A DNA stretch of 64,000 bases. Origin: Spirochaetia bacterium (GTDB taxonomy: Bacteria; Spirochaetota; Spirochaetia; SZUA-6; Bin103). The notes under the pieces are model-generated. The model was not told the DNA's origin and ran no database searches. It was given only the letters and a program-made list of their open reading frames with translations. The position numbers were made by a program, and so were the translations under genes. Below, piece by piece: positions 41,450 through 51,329 of the stretch (its first letter is position 1; every line of letters begins with the position of its first letter). The stretch covers positions 1,216,001 through 1,280,000 of the forward strand of contig CBDBOV010000004.1 in assembly GCA_965208575.1 (NCBI GenBank), in the 5' to 3' direction.

Positions 41450-42844
41450 CTACGGCTGCGGAGGCAGCGTGTTGCGCAGCGCCATCACTTCGCCGCGCAC
41501 CCCGGCGTAGGCCAGCAGGTCGAGGTGCAGAGCGTGCAGCCGCTGCGCCTGCTCGCCCGCTGAGCGCGCGAGGTCGCGCTCCTGGGCCGGGTCGTCCGGC
41601 AGGTGGAACAGCTCGAACGGGTCGCGGTTGCCGCGGTAATGCAGGGTCCAGGCGCCGTCGGTGACGCTGGCGGTTTGGCGGGCGGTGCGCCCGGTTGCGG
41701 CGTCCATGGCCGCCGTGGTCACCACCACGGGCCGCTCCGGCATCGCCTCGCCGCGCACCGCCGGCAGCAGGCTGGCGCCCTTCACGCCGGCGGGCAGCGG
41801 CAGCCCCGCCAGCTCCAGCATGGTCGGCATCAGGTCCACCGACTGCGCCAGGAACTGCGAACGCCGGCCCGCTACGGACGCGCCGGCCTCGCCGGGAAGC
41901 CGGATCATCAGCGCCGCGTGGCTCACCTCGTCGTAGTAGGGCCAGTCGAGCCGGTCGCCGCCGTCCTGGTTGCTCTTCCCGAAACGGCCGTGGTCGCCGA
42001 CGTTGAAGCCGTGATCGGAGTGGAAGATCACCGCCGTGTCGTCGGGGCAGCAGTAGTCGATCTTCTCCAGCAGGCGGCCCACCCAGGTATCCACCAGCGT
42101 CACCTCGCCGGCGTACAGCGCGCGGGCGTGGCGGATCTCCGCCTCGGTGGCGCCGATCTCCTCGCAGCGGGCGTATGGCGGATGGTCGAGCAACTCGCCC
42201 GAGTAGCCGGGGTCGTACAGGTCGACGTAGTGCTGCGGCGGATCCCACGGCTCGTGCGGATCGAAGCAGTCCACCCACAGAAAGAACTTGTCGTGCGCGT
42301 GGTTGAGTTCGATCCAATCGGCGGCGTCCTGGAACGTGCGTGCGGCGAAGGTGTCGCGCTCGGTCTGCCAGTGGCGCTGCCGCCAGCGGTAGTGGTTGGC
42401 GCGCATCCGCTCCGGCGCGCGGATCTTCTCCGGTGCGCTCGGCAGCCGCACGTCGAGGGCGTCGGTGACGGCGCGGTCTCCCTCCTGGCCGCGGTTCCAC
42501 TTCCACCCCGTCAGCCCGCGGTCGAAGCGATGGCCGTCGCGCACGAGGTGCGGGGTGTCGGCGATCAGCATGGTGACGTAGCCCGCCGCGGTGAGCAGCT
42601 CGCCGACAATCGTCTCGTCCTCCGGCAGCGGCGTCCAGGAGCGGTAGGGGTACACCCACTTGCCGGTGATCATGTCGGTACGGTGCGGGATGGTGGGGAA
42701 GGAGCCGGTGTAGACACGCTCGAACGCCACGCTCTGCGCAGCCAGACGGTCCAGGTTGGGAGTGCGAATCCAGGGGTTGCCGCTGGCGCCAATGTGGTCC
42801 CAGCGCAAGGTGTCGCTGACGATAAGTACGATATTCACAGGCAT
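41450..42844 (-). CDS. Sulfatase-like hydrolase with Thr at the nucleophile position
   Basis: SDTLR, TPNLD, PTIPHR, DPHEPWDPP, SDHG. Confidence 0.88.
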   Translation of the reverse strand: MPVNIVLIVSDTLRWDHIGASGNPWIRTPNLDRLAAQSVAFERVYTGSFPTIPHRTDMITGKWVYPYRSWTPLPEDETIVGELLTAAGYVTMLIADTPHLVRDGHRFDRGLTGWKWNRGQEGDRAVTDALDVRLPSAPEKIRAPERMRANHYRWRQRHWQTERDTFAARTFQDAADWIELNHAHDKFFLWVDCFDPHEPWDPPQHYVDLYDPGYSGELLDHPPYARCEEIGATEAEIRHARALYAGEVTLVDTWVGRLLEKIDYCCPDDTAVIFHSDHGFNVGDHGRFGKSNQDGGDRLDWPYYDEVSHAALMIRLPGEAGASVAGRRSQFLAQSVDLMPTMLELAGLPLPAGVKGASLLPAVRGEAMPERPVVVTTAAMDAATGRTARQTASVTDGAWTLHYRGNRDPFELFHLPDDPAQERDLARSAGEQAQRLHALHLDLLAYAGVRGEVMALRNTLPPQP

Positions 42845-42857
42845 CTCCCGAGCAATC

Positions 42858-43691
42858 TTACACGCAGCCGGGGAACTCGCGGCCGCGGATGGACAGGAAC
42901 GGCAGCAGGTCGGGGCGCTCGCGCAACTCGGGCAGGTACCAGGTGCGGGCGCGCATGTAGTGGGTGGCGTAGCCGCGCCGCCGGTGCGGACTGCGGTTGG
43001 CGCCGCTGCGGTGATAGGTCAGGCTGTGATGGAAGCTGACGCTGCCGGGGCGCAGCTCGATGGGGGCGGTCGGCCAGTCGCCGTCCAGCAGCGACTCCAC
43101 CCGTTCCCTCGCCGCGTCCGGGATCATCCCCCAGCGGTGGCTGCCGACCGCCATCCACAGGCAGCCGTTGACCACCGTGGCCTCGTCGATCGCCGTCCAG
43201 GCGGTGACCATATCCATCGGGAACATGTTCATCCACGCCTGCGAATCCTGGTGCCACGCCTGCTCGCCGCCGTGGTACGCGGGCTTCATGAACAGTTGGT
43301 CGTTGTACAGCTTGAGGTCGTCCGTGGCGAGCAGATCGGCGATCACGTCGACCAGCCGGTCGCCGAACGCATGCCCGCGCAGCACCTCGTCATGGCGCGC
43401 GAGCTGGTACATCTTGCGCACCGCCGTGGTGCCGCCGCGGTTCCTGGCGCCGGCGTCCAGGAGAGCCTGCTCCAGCGTGACGTACTGATCGTGCGGACGG
43501 GTGACCATGTCCGCGGCGAGAAGGTCGGTACGCTCGGCAAGGCGGCCTATCGCCTTCGGATCGATCAAGTTGTGCACGATCAGGAAGCCGTCACGCCAGA
43601 ATCCCGCGCGCTGGCCCTCGGTCAGGACGCGCGGATTCCGCTCCAGCGGTGATCGACCTGCAAGTTGCCGGCTTCGGTTGGCGGGTTTCAC
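42858..43691 (-). CDS. PhyH family dioxygenase
   Basis: FWRDGFL, AWHQD, NGCL..GSH, HRSGAN..R; start uncertain. Confidence 0.9.
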   Translation of the reverse strand: MKPANRSRQLAGRSPLERNPRVLTEGQRAGFWRDGFLIVHNLIDPKAIGRLAERTDLLAADMVTRPHDQYVTLEQALLDAGARNRGGTTAVRKMYQLARHDEVLRGHAFGDRLVDVIADLLATDDLKLYNDQLFMKPAYHGGEQAWHQDSQAWMNMFPMDMVTAWTAIDEATVVNGCLWMAVGSHRWGMIPDAARERVESLLDGDWPTAPIELRPGSVSFHHSLTYHRSGANRSPHRRRGYATHYMRARTWYLPELRERPDLLPFLSIRGREFPGCV

Positions 43692-43819
43692 CTCGCCTGA
43701 TTCTACCGCACCGGCGAGCCGGTTGCGCGCAGCGGGAGCTCGGTAGCCCGGCAGCGGCCCGATGCCGCCCGTGGGCGTTCGCTTGCATCCGGTATCCGTG
43801 CCCACCTATACTTGTCCAC

Positions 43820-44041
43820 ATGGCACAAGTGACCGTCTACCTTCCAGCCGACGTGCTGGAGTCGGCGCGGCGGCGAGCCCGGGAACAACACCGCAGCTTG
43901 TCGGCGTGGGTGAGCGAGCTGATCCGCCGGGAGAGCGTAACCGAGTGGCCCGACAGCCTTGAGCAACTGCTCCGCCACGGCGACGCGGACTTGGTAGAAC
44001 CGCACGATCCTCCGCCCGAGGATGTCGAGGCGCTCCGTTAG
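43820..44041 (+). CDS. vapB: Ribbon-helix-helix antitoxin
   Basis: AQVTVYL...SLSAWV; precedes a PIN gene; TTGCAT-18-TATACT ends 7 nt before the ATG. Confidence 0.8.
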   Translation: MAQVTVYLPADVLESARRRAREQHRSLSAWVSELIRRESVTEWPDSLEQLLRHGDADLVEPHDPPPEDVEALR

Positions 44042-44433
44042 TGTGGCTGCTCGACACCAGCGTGTGCATCCCGCTGATCAATCGTACGGACCAGGCACTG
44101 GCCGATCGTTTGCTTGCCCACGCTCCGGAAACGATCTGTCTGTGCAGTGTCGTGAAGGCGGAACTCTCCTTCGGCGCCCACAACTCCGAGCGGGTTGCCG
44201 AGAACCTGCAGCGGGTGGACCGATTCTGCTCCGCGTTCCCGTCGCTCCCGTTCGATGACGACGCGGCGTCTCACTATGGGTTGATCCGGACGCTGCTGCG
44301 CCGCGAAGGCCGGCCGATCGGAGCAAACGACCTGATGATCGCGTCGATCGCGCTGGCCGGTTCGGTGAGGCTCGTTACCCGCAACTGGGACGAATTCTCC
44401 CGCGTCCCCGGACTCGAAGTGGATCTCTGGTAA
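44041..44433 (+). CDS. vapC: VapC PIN toxin
   Basis: LLDTSVCI, AEL.FG, IGANDLMIA, TRN..EF.RV. Confidence 0.92.
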   Translation: MWLLDTSVCIPLINRTDQALADRLLAHAPETICLCSVVKAELSFGAHNSERVAENLQRVDRFCSAFPSLPFDDDAASHYGLIRTLLRREGRPIGANDLMIASIALAGSVRLVTRNWDEFSRVPGLEVDLW

Positions 44434-44477
44434 CGGGCCCGGGCAACAAGTCGCCCTCCCCTTCCGTAAGCCGGCCA

Positions 44478-45704
44478 GTGCGACCGCCGAGGTTCACCAC
44501 AGCAACCGGAGCGTTTCGGTACCCAGCTTTTCGGCGCGTGTGGGTGACCGGGGTGCTGATCGCGCTGGCTGCCTGGACGGAGCGGCTGGCAGCGGGCTGG
44601 CTGATCCTCACCGAGACCGACTCGGTATTTCTGACCGCGGTTTCGTTCGCCGTGCGGCAGGCGCCGGGGCTGATCGCGGCGCCGATAGCCGGAGCGATCA
44701 GCGACCGCGTGCCGCGCAACCGGCTGCTCGCGGTCGCGGCCGCGTTCCGGGCGGTGCTGCTGGCGCTGCTGGCGATGTTCGCCCTCTCCGGCCTGGAACC
44801 GCTGTGGGTCGCCTTCGTGCTGATCGCGCTGGCCGGCGTCGCCCACTCGTTCGAGACGCCGTCCACGCAGGCGCTGGTGACCGACTCCGTGCCGCGCCGC
44901 GCCGCCATGAACGCGGTCGCGCTGCAATCGGTCGGCGCGCGCGGCGTGGGCGCCCTGGGCGGGCTGCTCGGCGGCGTCGTGATTGCCGGCTACGGCATCC
45001 CGGCCGCCATGTTCGCCGGTGCGGTGGTCTCGCTGGCCGGGGCTCTGGTGGTCGGAACCATGCGACCGCTGGCGCGACGCGGCGCCGGTACCGGCCGCCG
45101 CGACACCTCGGTGCTGCACGACGTGGCCGACGGGCTGCGCGTCATGTTCGCGGTCCCGCTGGTGCGCACGCTGCTGGCGCTGGCGGTGCTGGTGGAGATG
45201 TTCGGGTTCGCCTACCACTCGGTGCTGCCCGCCGTGGCGCGCAACGTGCTGGCGGTGGGCGAGGTGGGCCTGGGCATGCTCACCATGATGGCCGGCTTCG
45301 GTTCGCTGGCCGGCGTGCTCGCGCTCACCGCGATCGGCAGCGTACGCCGCCGGGGCCTGCTGCTGATCGGCATCACGCTCGGCTACGGCGCGTTCCTGCT
45401 GTCGTTCGGCGCCTCCGGCGTGTTCCCCCTGTCGCTGGTCCTGATCGCCGGCGTCGGGGCGATGGCAGCCGCCTTCGACGCGATGCAATGGACCCTGCTG
45501 CAGCAGTACGTGCCCGACCACATGCGCGGCCGCGCCATCGGCGGCTGGGTGTTCGCGATCGGCTTCGGATGGGTAGGCTACCTGGCCCTCGGCGCCGTCG
45601 CGCAGACCGTCGGCGAACAGTGGGCGCTGGCCGCCACCGGAGCGCTGGTCGTGCTCACCGGACTCGCCGCCGCCACACTCGCCCCCAAGCTGCGCTCAGC
45701 GTAG
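44478..45704 (+). CDS. MFS transporter
   Basis: About 12 hydrophobic segments, GAISDRVPR, PDHMRGR. Confidence 0.9.
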   Translation: MRPPRFTTATGAFRYPAFRRVWVTGVLIALAAWTERLAAGWLILTETDSVFLTAVSFAVRQAPGLIAAPIAGAISDRVPRNRLLAVAAAFRAVLLALLAMFALSGLEPLWVAFVLIALAGVAHSFETPSTQALVTDSVPRRAAMNAVALQSVGARGVGALGGLLGGVVIAGYGIPAAMFAGAVVSLAGALVVGTMRPLARRGAGTGRRDTSVLHDVADGLRVMFAVPLVRTLLALAVLVEMFGFAYHSVLPAVARNVLAVGEVGLGMLTMMAGFGSLAGVLALTAIGSVRRRGLLLIGITLGYGAFLLSFGASGVFPLSLVLIAGVGAMAAAFDAMQWTLLQQYVPDHMRGRAIGGWVFAIGFGWVGYLALGAVAQTVGEQWALAATGALVVLTGLAAATLAPKLRSA

Positions 45705-45880
45705 GCGAATGACGTATACACTCGGACGGACTGGTGGGGCGCAACCGGCGGCATCATAGCGCTTCACAACTCGGCATCCGTGGGCACCGTGATGACCCAA
45801 CAACTCGGCCGGCCGCCGGTGATCCGGTCAAGCCAACCCCGCCCATGTCCGGGCCTGTTCGGGCATGTTCGGGCCTCTCC

Positions 45881-47149
45881 TCACACGCCGCGCAGTCCGG
45901 CGGCGTCGTCGATCGGCTCCTGGTAGGCGCGCACCGCGCCGGTCATGACCTCGTCGACGGTGACCGGCTTGCCGCACGCGGCCGACTCCAGCATGGCGTA
46001 CGACACGGCGACCGCGCGCATGCCCTTCTCCACGTCCACCTCCACGGCTGCGCCGTCCGCGACCGCGCGTCCCAGTTCGGCGTATTCCACGGCGATCAGC
46101 TTGCGGTCGATCGCCGGGAACTCCAGCTCGTAGCCGGCCAGCATCTCGCCCCCGAACAGCCGCGCGGTCACCTCCTCCAGGCGGAACTCCGGCACCCACT
46201 CCAACAGATCGGCGCCGCCGTGGCGCTCGCCATCCCGGTCGAGCATAAAGGGGTGCCCGCTGCGGTCCGGCGGCAGCTCCATGGCCCCTTCGGAACCGTA
46301 CAGGGCGCGCCGCCACTGGCGCAGCCCGCGTGCCGCGTGGTCCGACACGTACTGGCCGGCGGCGCCGCTGGCGAAGCGCAGCGTGGCATACACTGCATCC
46401 TCGGCGTCGACCGTGAACCGCTCCGGCATGTGCCGCTGCCAGCGCTCGTAGACGCCGGCGGGATTGACCGCACCGCCGCCGGGCGCGGCCGCCGGGTTGG
46501 CGCGCTCCGGCTCGTGCAGCCGCGCCTGCGCGTACACCTCCGTCACCGGCCCGCACAGGTACTCCATCATGTCGGCGTCGTGCACGCCGGCGTCCACCAG
46601 CAGCCCGCCCTGTTCCTTGCGGTGCCGCCACACGGTGATGAACATCACGTCGCCGCCGCCGAGGCTGTTGTGCTGGTAGAAACGCGGCGCACCGATGGCG
46701 CCGGCGTCGATCAGCGCGCGCGCCAGCCGGTTCAACGGGTCGCGGCGGTAGTTCTCCGCCACGCTCACCACCAGTCCCGAGCGGTCCGCGCACTGCCGGA
46801 TGAAGCGGCACGCCGCCACCGACACACCCAGCGGCTTCTCCACCATCACGTGCCAGCCCCGCTCCAGCGCGACGGCCACGACGGTGTGGTGCCCCACCGT
46901 GCTGGTGGTAACGTCCACCGCCTGCACGCCGAGCGGCGCCAGTTCATCCAGGCTCGCCACGGTCGCCGGGCGCACGCCGAAGTGGCGCTCCGCAGCGGCG
47001 GCAAGAGAGCCCGCGTTGGCGGCCACCGGATCGCACGCGCCGACCAGCCGGAACGGGCTCAGACCCGCCCGGTGCAACTCCGCCAACCCCTCCAGGTGGC
47101 GGTGTCCCATGCCCCCGCAGCCGACAATGGCCAGCGCAATCTGCTCCAT
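45881..47149 (-). CDS. Gfo/Idh/MocA oxidoreductase
   Basis: IVGCGGMG, VEKP, DAGVHDAD. Confidence 0.9.
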   Translation of the reverse strand: MEQIALAIVGCGGMGHRHLEGLAELHRAGLSPFRLVGACDPVAANAGSLAAAAERHFGVRPATVASLDELAPLGVQAVDVTTSTVGHHTVVAVALERGWHVMVEKPLGVSVAACRFIRQCADRSGLVVSVAENYRRDPLNRLARALIDAGAIGAPRFYQHNSLGGGDVMFITVWRHRKEQGGLLVDAGVHDADMMEYLCGPVTEVYAQARLHEPERANPAAAPGGGAVNPAGVYERWQRHMPERFTVDAEDAVYATLRFASGAAGQYVSDHAARGLRQWRRALYGSEGAMELPPDRSGHPFMLDRDGERHGGADLLEWVPEFRLEEVTARLFGGEMLAGYELEFPAIDRKLIAVEYAELGRAVADGAAVEVDVEKGMRAVAVSYAMLESAACGKPVTVDEVMTGAVRAYQEPIDDAAGLRGV

Positions 47150-47213
47150 CCTTGTCCTCCCGGCCGCATCGTACCGACTGGCGCCGATGGCGTCAGTGCG
47201 CTACGGTCTGGCC

Positions 47214-48110
47214 ATGAACCAGATACCGATTGTCGACACCCACCAGCACCTCTGGGACCTCGACCTGCTCCACCTGCCGTGGCTCGACGAGGCGCCGCAG
47301 CTCGCCCGCCACCACCGCATCGACGACTACCTGCGCGAGGTGGAGGGTCACGGGGTGGCCAGGGCGGTGTACATGGAAGTCGACGTGGCGCCCTCCGAAC
47401 GCCCGCGCGAACGCGAGCTGATCAGCGCGCTGTGCCGCGACCCGGAGGCGCCCACCTGCGGCGCGGTGTTCGGCGCCACCCCCGGCAGCGTCGAGTTCCC
47501 GGCGGTCTGCGACGCCCTGGCCGCCAACCCCTACGCCAAGGGCGCGCGCCTGGTGCTGCACCCGCCCAACCTGCCGGGCGACCACTGCTTGCGGGACGCC
47601 TTCGTCGACGACGTGCGCCTGCTCGGCGCCAACGGCCTGATGTTCGACATCTGCATCCGCCCGACCGCCCTGGCCTCAGCCGCCGAGCTGGCGCGCCGCT
47701 GCCCCGACATGACCTTCATCCTGGACCACTGCGGCAACGCCGACCCGCACATCGTGGCCGGCAACGGCGGCAATCCCGACGACCCGACCTACGGCCACAC
47801 GCGCGAGCAGTGGCTGGAAGGGATGCAGACCGTGGCGGCGCAACCCAACACGGTGTGCAAGATCTCCGGCATCGTCGCGCGCGCCGCCCCCGGCTGGTCC
47901 GCCGCCGACCTGGCCCCGGCGGTCAATCACTGCATCGACAGCTTCGGCGAAGACCGCATCGTGTTCGGCAGCGACTGGCCGGTATGCACCTTCGGCGCCC
48001 CCCTTGGCGAGTGGATCACCGCCCTGCGCGAGATCATCAGCTCCCGCCCCGAACCCCTTCAGCACAAGCTCCTGCACGAAAACGCCACCCGCATCTACCA
48101 GCTCGCGTAG
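47214..48110 (+). CDS. Amidohydrolase_2 family protein (lactonase-like)
   Basis: DTHQHLWD, LDHCG, CKISG, FGSDWP. Confidence 0.9.
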   Translation: MNQIPIVDTHQHLWDLDLLHLPWLDEAPQLARHHRIDDYLREVEGHGVARAVYMEVDVAPSERPRERELISALCRDPEAPTCGAVFGATPGSVEFPAVCDALAANPYAKGARLVLHPPNLPGDHCLRDAFVDDVRLLGANGLMFDICIRPTALASAAELARRCPDMTFILDHCGNADPHIVAGNGGNPDDPTYGHTREQWLEGMQTVAAQPNTVCKISGIVARAAPGWSAADLAPAVNHCIDSFGEDRIVFGSDWPVCTFGAPLGEWITALREIISSRPEPLQHKLLHENATRIYQLA

Positions 48111-48307
48111 CCGCCCGCTGATGCCTGCTTCGCCGCGTACGTGTTGCATGGACAGAGGTTCGCCGCGTATCTTTACACCACGGTAGAGAATGCCACGATT
48201 CGCCATACTTCCCATCAAGCAGCCAAAGAGCCCGGCACCCGCATCTACCGATTGAGGTAGCCCTCGCCGGAACCGTCACACGGCGAAGCTGTCGTTTGGG
48301 ATGGACG

Positions 48308-48333
48308 TATAAGCACACAAACGCTTATATAGT
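48308..48333 (+). promoter_or_regulatory. Operator palindrome overlapping the -10 box of the TA operon
   Basis: TATAAGC-N8-GCTTATA; TATAGT 6 nt before ATG 48340. Confidence 0.65.
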
Positions 48334-48339
48334 GGCTAC

Positions 48340-48564
48340 ATGAATTCGACTCGATGGTCGCTGGTGGTCTCCGAGGGCACCGATCGCGCACTCCGCACCT
48401 TTCTTGCCAGCCGCGGCTTGAAGAAAGGCCATCTCTCACAGTTCGTCGAGGAAGCCGTGAGAGAAAAGTTGTTCGATCTCACCGTCTCAGACGTCAAGGA
48501 GCGCAACGTCGGACAGACCGACGCGGTCATGCAAGCCGTTGATGAGGCCCTCGACCGAGCGTGA
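48340..48564 (+). CDS. Ribbon-helix-helix antitoxin
   Basis: RWSLVVS..TD..LR.FL....KKG.LS.FVEEAV. Confidence 0.8.
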   Translation: MNSTRWSLVVSEGTDRALRTFLASRGLKKGHLSQFVEEAVREKLFDLTVSDVKERNVGQTDAVMQAVDEALDRA

Positions 48565-48567
48565 GCC

Positions 48568-48979
48568 GTGCGTGTCGTGCTCGACACCGGGATACTCATC
48601 GCCGCCCTGATTACCCGCAACACGCCCCCGGACCCAACTGTACCAGTTGTGGCGGAAGCGACGGTTCACGCTGATCACTTCGGAGTCGCAACTTGATGAG
48701 TTCCGGCGCGTTACCCGATACGCGAAGCTGCGCCGATTCCTGAAGCCTCACGAAGCAGGGTCGCTCGTACGCGGTGTACGAGCCCGAGCAGTGCTTGTAT
48801 CAGAGCTGCCAAACATCGATCTGGTGGATGACCCCGGCGACAATCTCGTGCTCGCTACTGCACTTGCCGGCGACGCCGATTACCTGGTCACGGGCGACCG
48901 GCGCCACCTGCTGCATCTGAAGAAGGTTCGCAGGACCAGGATACTGACGGCACGTGAACTCGCGTGTCGGCTCGACTGA
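48568..48979 (+). pseudogene. PIN toxin with a 1-nt insertion near 48625-48635
   Basis: RVVLDT N-terminus and DPGDN..LVTGD C-terminus are in different frames; span 412 nt = 3n+1. Confidence 0.8.
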
Positions 48980-49057
48980 GGGACCGGTTGCGGTCGCTGG
49001 GACGGCACTACGGCCTACCCGGTGGTGCCGCCCACCGCCAGGGCCTGGATCAAACCG

Positions 49058-49516
49058 TCACGGACCGTCTGATCCGATCTTCCGGATGAGGAAGTCCCCC
49101 TCACTCGATCCCTCGGAGGTAAACGTGACGAACGCGAAAGTCGCACTATGCACGTGTTCGCACTCGTGGGTTCCGGCCCGCCGGTCGTCGAACGTCAGGT
49201 CGCAGGTGACCCTTGAAGCCGCTGAGCCGGAATCCCCGAAGACTATCGAAACGGTGGCGGTGTCGCGGCCATCGCGAGAGTAGGTCCAGTTCCGCGCTCT
49301 GTCGAGGACCGAATTAAGTGCTCTCTCCTTGGACTTGAAGTGGAATTCATCCGAGTGAGCAAGCAAGACGCCCTCCCGTCGATCGTGCGTGAACTCCAGG
49401 GTGTACCCTACGATTGAATCGGGAGCTACCGGCCCGGTGGTAGTTACGGTTACCGAGCAACCGGAGATTAGGACGGCCATTGCGATGTGAGCCAGCCAGA
49501 CGAATCGCTTGTTCAT
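49058..49516 (-). CDS. Putative lipoprotein
   Basis: GGAGGAG RBS; signal peptide ending in lipobox ISG-C. Confidence 0.7.
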   Translation of the reverse strand: MNKRFVWLAHIAMAVLISGCSVTVTTTGPVAPDSIVGYTLEFTHDRREGVLLAHSDEFHFKSKERALNSVLDRARNWTYSRDGRDTATVSIVFGDSGSAASRVTCDLTFDDRRAGTHECEHVHSATFAFVTFTSEGSSEGDFLIRKIGSDGP

Positions 49517-49915
49517 GATTCTCCTCCGCAGTCTACGTTCCGCGCGGTGTGAGGCGCGGTCACGAGCATGAACGATCCGCGGCCCACGCTCCATAACGAC
49601 ATGATAGCGGGTTCCACGCAGAATGTCCCGGCGCCGCGGGCCGCTACGCCTCAACTTTCAGCCGGGGGCCAACTGATGCCGTCGCGGCCGGCGAGGTGCC
49701 GTACTTCGCTGGCGACAGGGCGACATGCAAGCGGTGGGTCAGATGGGCGCGGCGGTCGCGTGGCGGGTCGCCCACAGGCGAGTCGAGGTGGATCTGCGGT
49801 TCGAGGCACCACTCGAAGCGCTCGAAGCCACCACGCCGATGGCGGCGCTCCGCCACGGACACACGTACCGCCACGTCCAGCTTGCCCACCAGCGCGGTCT
49901 CCTGAGAAACAACAA

Positions 49916-51304
49916 TCAGGCGGCCTCCGGGACAAGCTCATAACCGAGTGCGTGTGCCTGCCTTCGGAGCCGGCGTTCAAAGCGGCGCCGGTCCTGGCGC
50001 TCCTCGGCGGCGAGGATGCTGTCATCGTAGGCCACGCGATGCGTGATCAGATGGTAGATGATCCGAGCCAGTTTATGCGCGACTGCAGTGGTCGCTTCGG
50101 GAGTACCCAGACGCGCCCGCATGCGGCGGAAGTGCTGGCCCAGGGCCGATGGGCTGCGGTACAACGACTGGGTCGCCCAGTGCAGCGCCTGGGCGGCCCG
50201 ATTGGTGCCCCGACCGGTGTGCGAGCTGATGATCTTGCCGCCGGTGATCTGGTTGTGGGGGCACAGGTGCAGCCAGGAGGCGAATTGCGGTGCGGTCGGA
50301 AAGCGGGACAGTTCCGGGCCGAGTTCGGTGAACAGAACCAGCGCCGTACTTTCGCCGATGCCGGGAATCAGCGTCAGGTCAGTGCCGAACAGGTGCGTAA
50401 GGTGGCCGCGCAGGTCGAACCGCTTGGCCGGTGACTCGGTTGGCGCCTCGGGCTCCGCATCGATTCCCTCATCCGGTGGGTCGTCGCCCACCGCGCCGGG
50501 TGGCTCGCTGCTGGCTTCGAACGCGCGGATGCCGGCTTCGATTTCCTGATCGCACTCCGTGATGAGTTGTTGGTAGTGGGCATAGGTCGCTCGCGCGTGC
50601 CGCAACGCCAACAGGTGCTCGGCGCGCCAGTCGCCCTGCAGCGCCTTGATCAAGGTCTCGCGGCTGGCTTTGATCCGCCGGTCGGCCAGAGCGGCCAACC
50701 GCGCCGGATCCCGCTCACCCGCCAGGATAGCGTCCGTAATGGCCAGACCGGTCGTCCCCGTCAGGTCAGAGATGGCATGGTGCAGATGCACGTTCATCTG
50801 GCTGTACGCCTTCTGCATGTGCAACACGCTGCGCGACGCCATCTTGATCAAGGTGTCGCGATGGCGCAGCACCGAGCGCAGTGCACACACCTCGTCGGCA
50901 GGGCGGAATGAGCCGCGCAGCAATCCCACCGAGTGCAGGTAGCGCAACCACTCGCAGTCGGCCACGTCGGACTTCCGACCGGGTACCGAGTGCACGTGAC
51001 GCGCATTCACCAGCACCACGTCGAAGCCGTGTGCCTCCAGGATCTGATACACCGGAATCCAGTACACACCGGTGGACTCCATCGCCACCGTGGTGACCTC
51101 GCATTCCTTGAGCCAGTCGGCCAAGGCGTGCAGGTCCGCGGTGAACGTAGCAAAGTTCCGGATCGGGTCCGGGTCGCGCTCCGGGCGCACAGCCGCGTAC
51201 ACCTCGGTAGCGCCTATGTCCAAGCCGGCAGCGTCCGGGTGCATCACCTTTGGTTGCGCTGTGCGACTGCCCTTGCCCTTGCGTCTGTGTCTGCGTCGTG
51301 CCAT
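49916..51304 (-). CDS. IS110 DEDD recombinase
   Basis: GLDIG, AMESTG, KSDVAD, IPGIG, AVAHKLAR; GGAGG RBS before ATG 51304. Confidence 0.95.
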   Translation of the reverse strand: MARRRHRRKGKGSRTAQPKVMHPDAAGLDIGATEVYAAVRPERDPDPIRNFATFTADLHALADWLKECEVTTVAMESTGVYWIPVYQILEAHGFDVVLVNARHVHSVPGRKSDVADCEWLRYLHSVGLLRGSFRPADEVCALRSVLRHRDTLIKMASRSVLHMQKAYSQMNVHLHHAISDLTGTTGLAITDAILAGERDPARLAALADRRIKASRETLIKALQGDWRAEHLLALRHARATYAHYQQLITECDQEIEAGIRAFEASSEPPGAVGDDPPDEGIDAEPEAPTESPAKRFDLRGHLTHLFGTDLTLIPGIGESTALVLFTELGPELSRFPTAPQFASWLHLCPHNQITGGKIISSHTGRGTNRAAQALHWATQSLYRSPSALGQHFRRMRARLGTPEATTAVAHKLARIIYHLITHRVAYDDSILAAEERQDRRRFERRLRRQAHALGYELVPEAA

Positions 51305-51329
51305 GAAACCTCCGCTACGACTGAGTGGT

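Noticed and set aside
27434-49516. Integron cassette array of TA genes
   Set aside because: No intI, no recurring attC-like sites, mixed orientations, and metabolic genes in between
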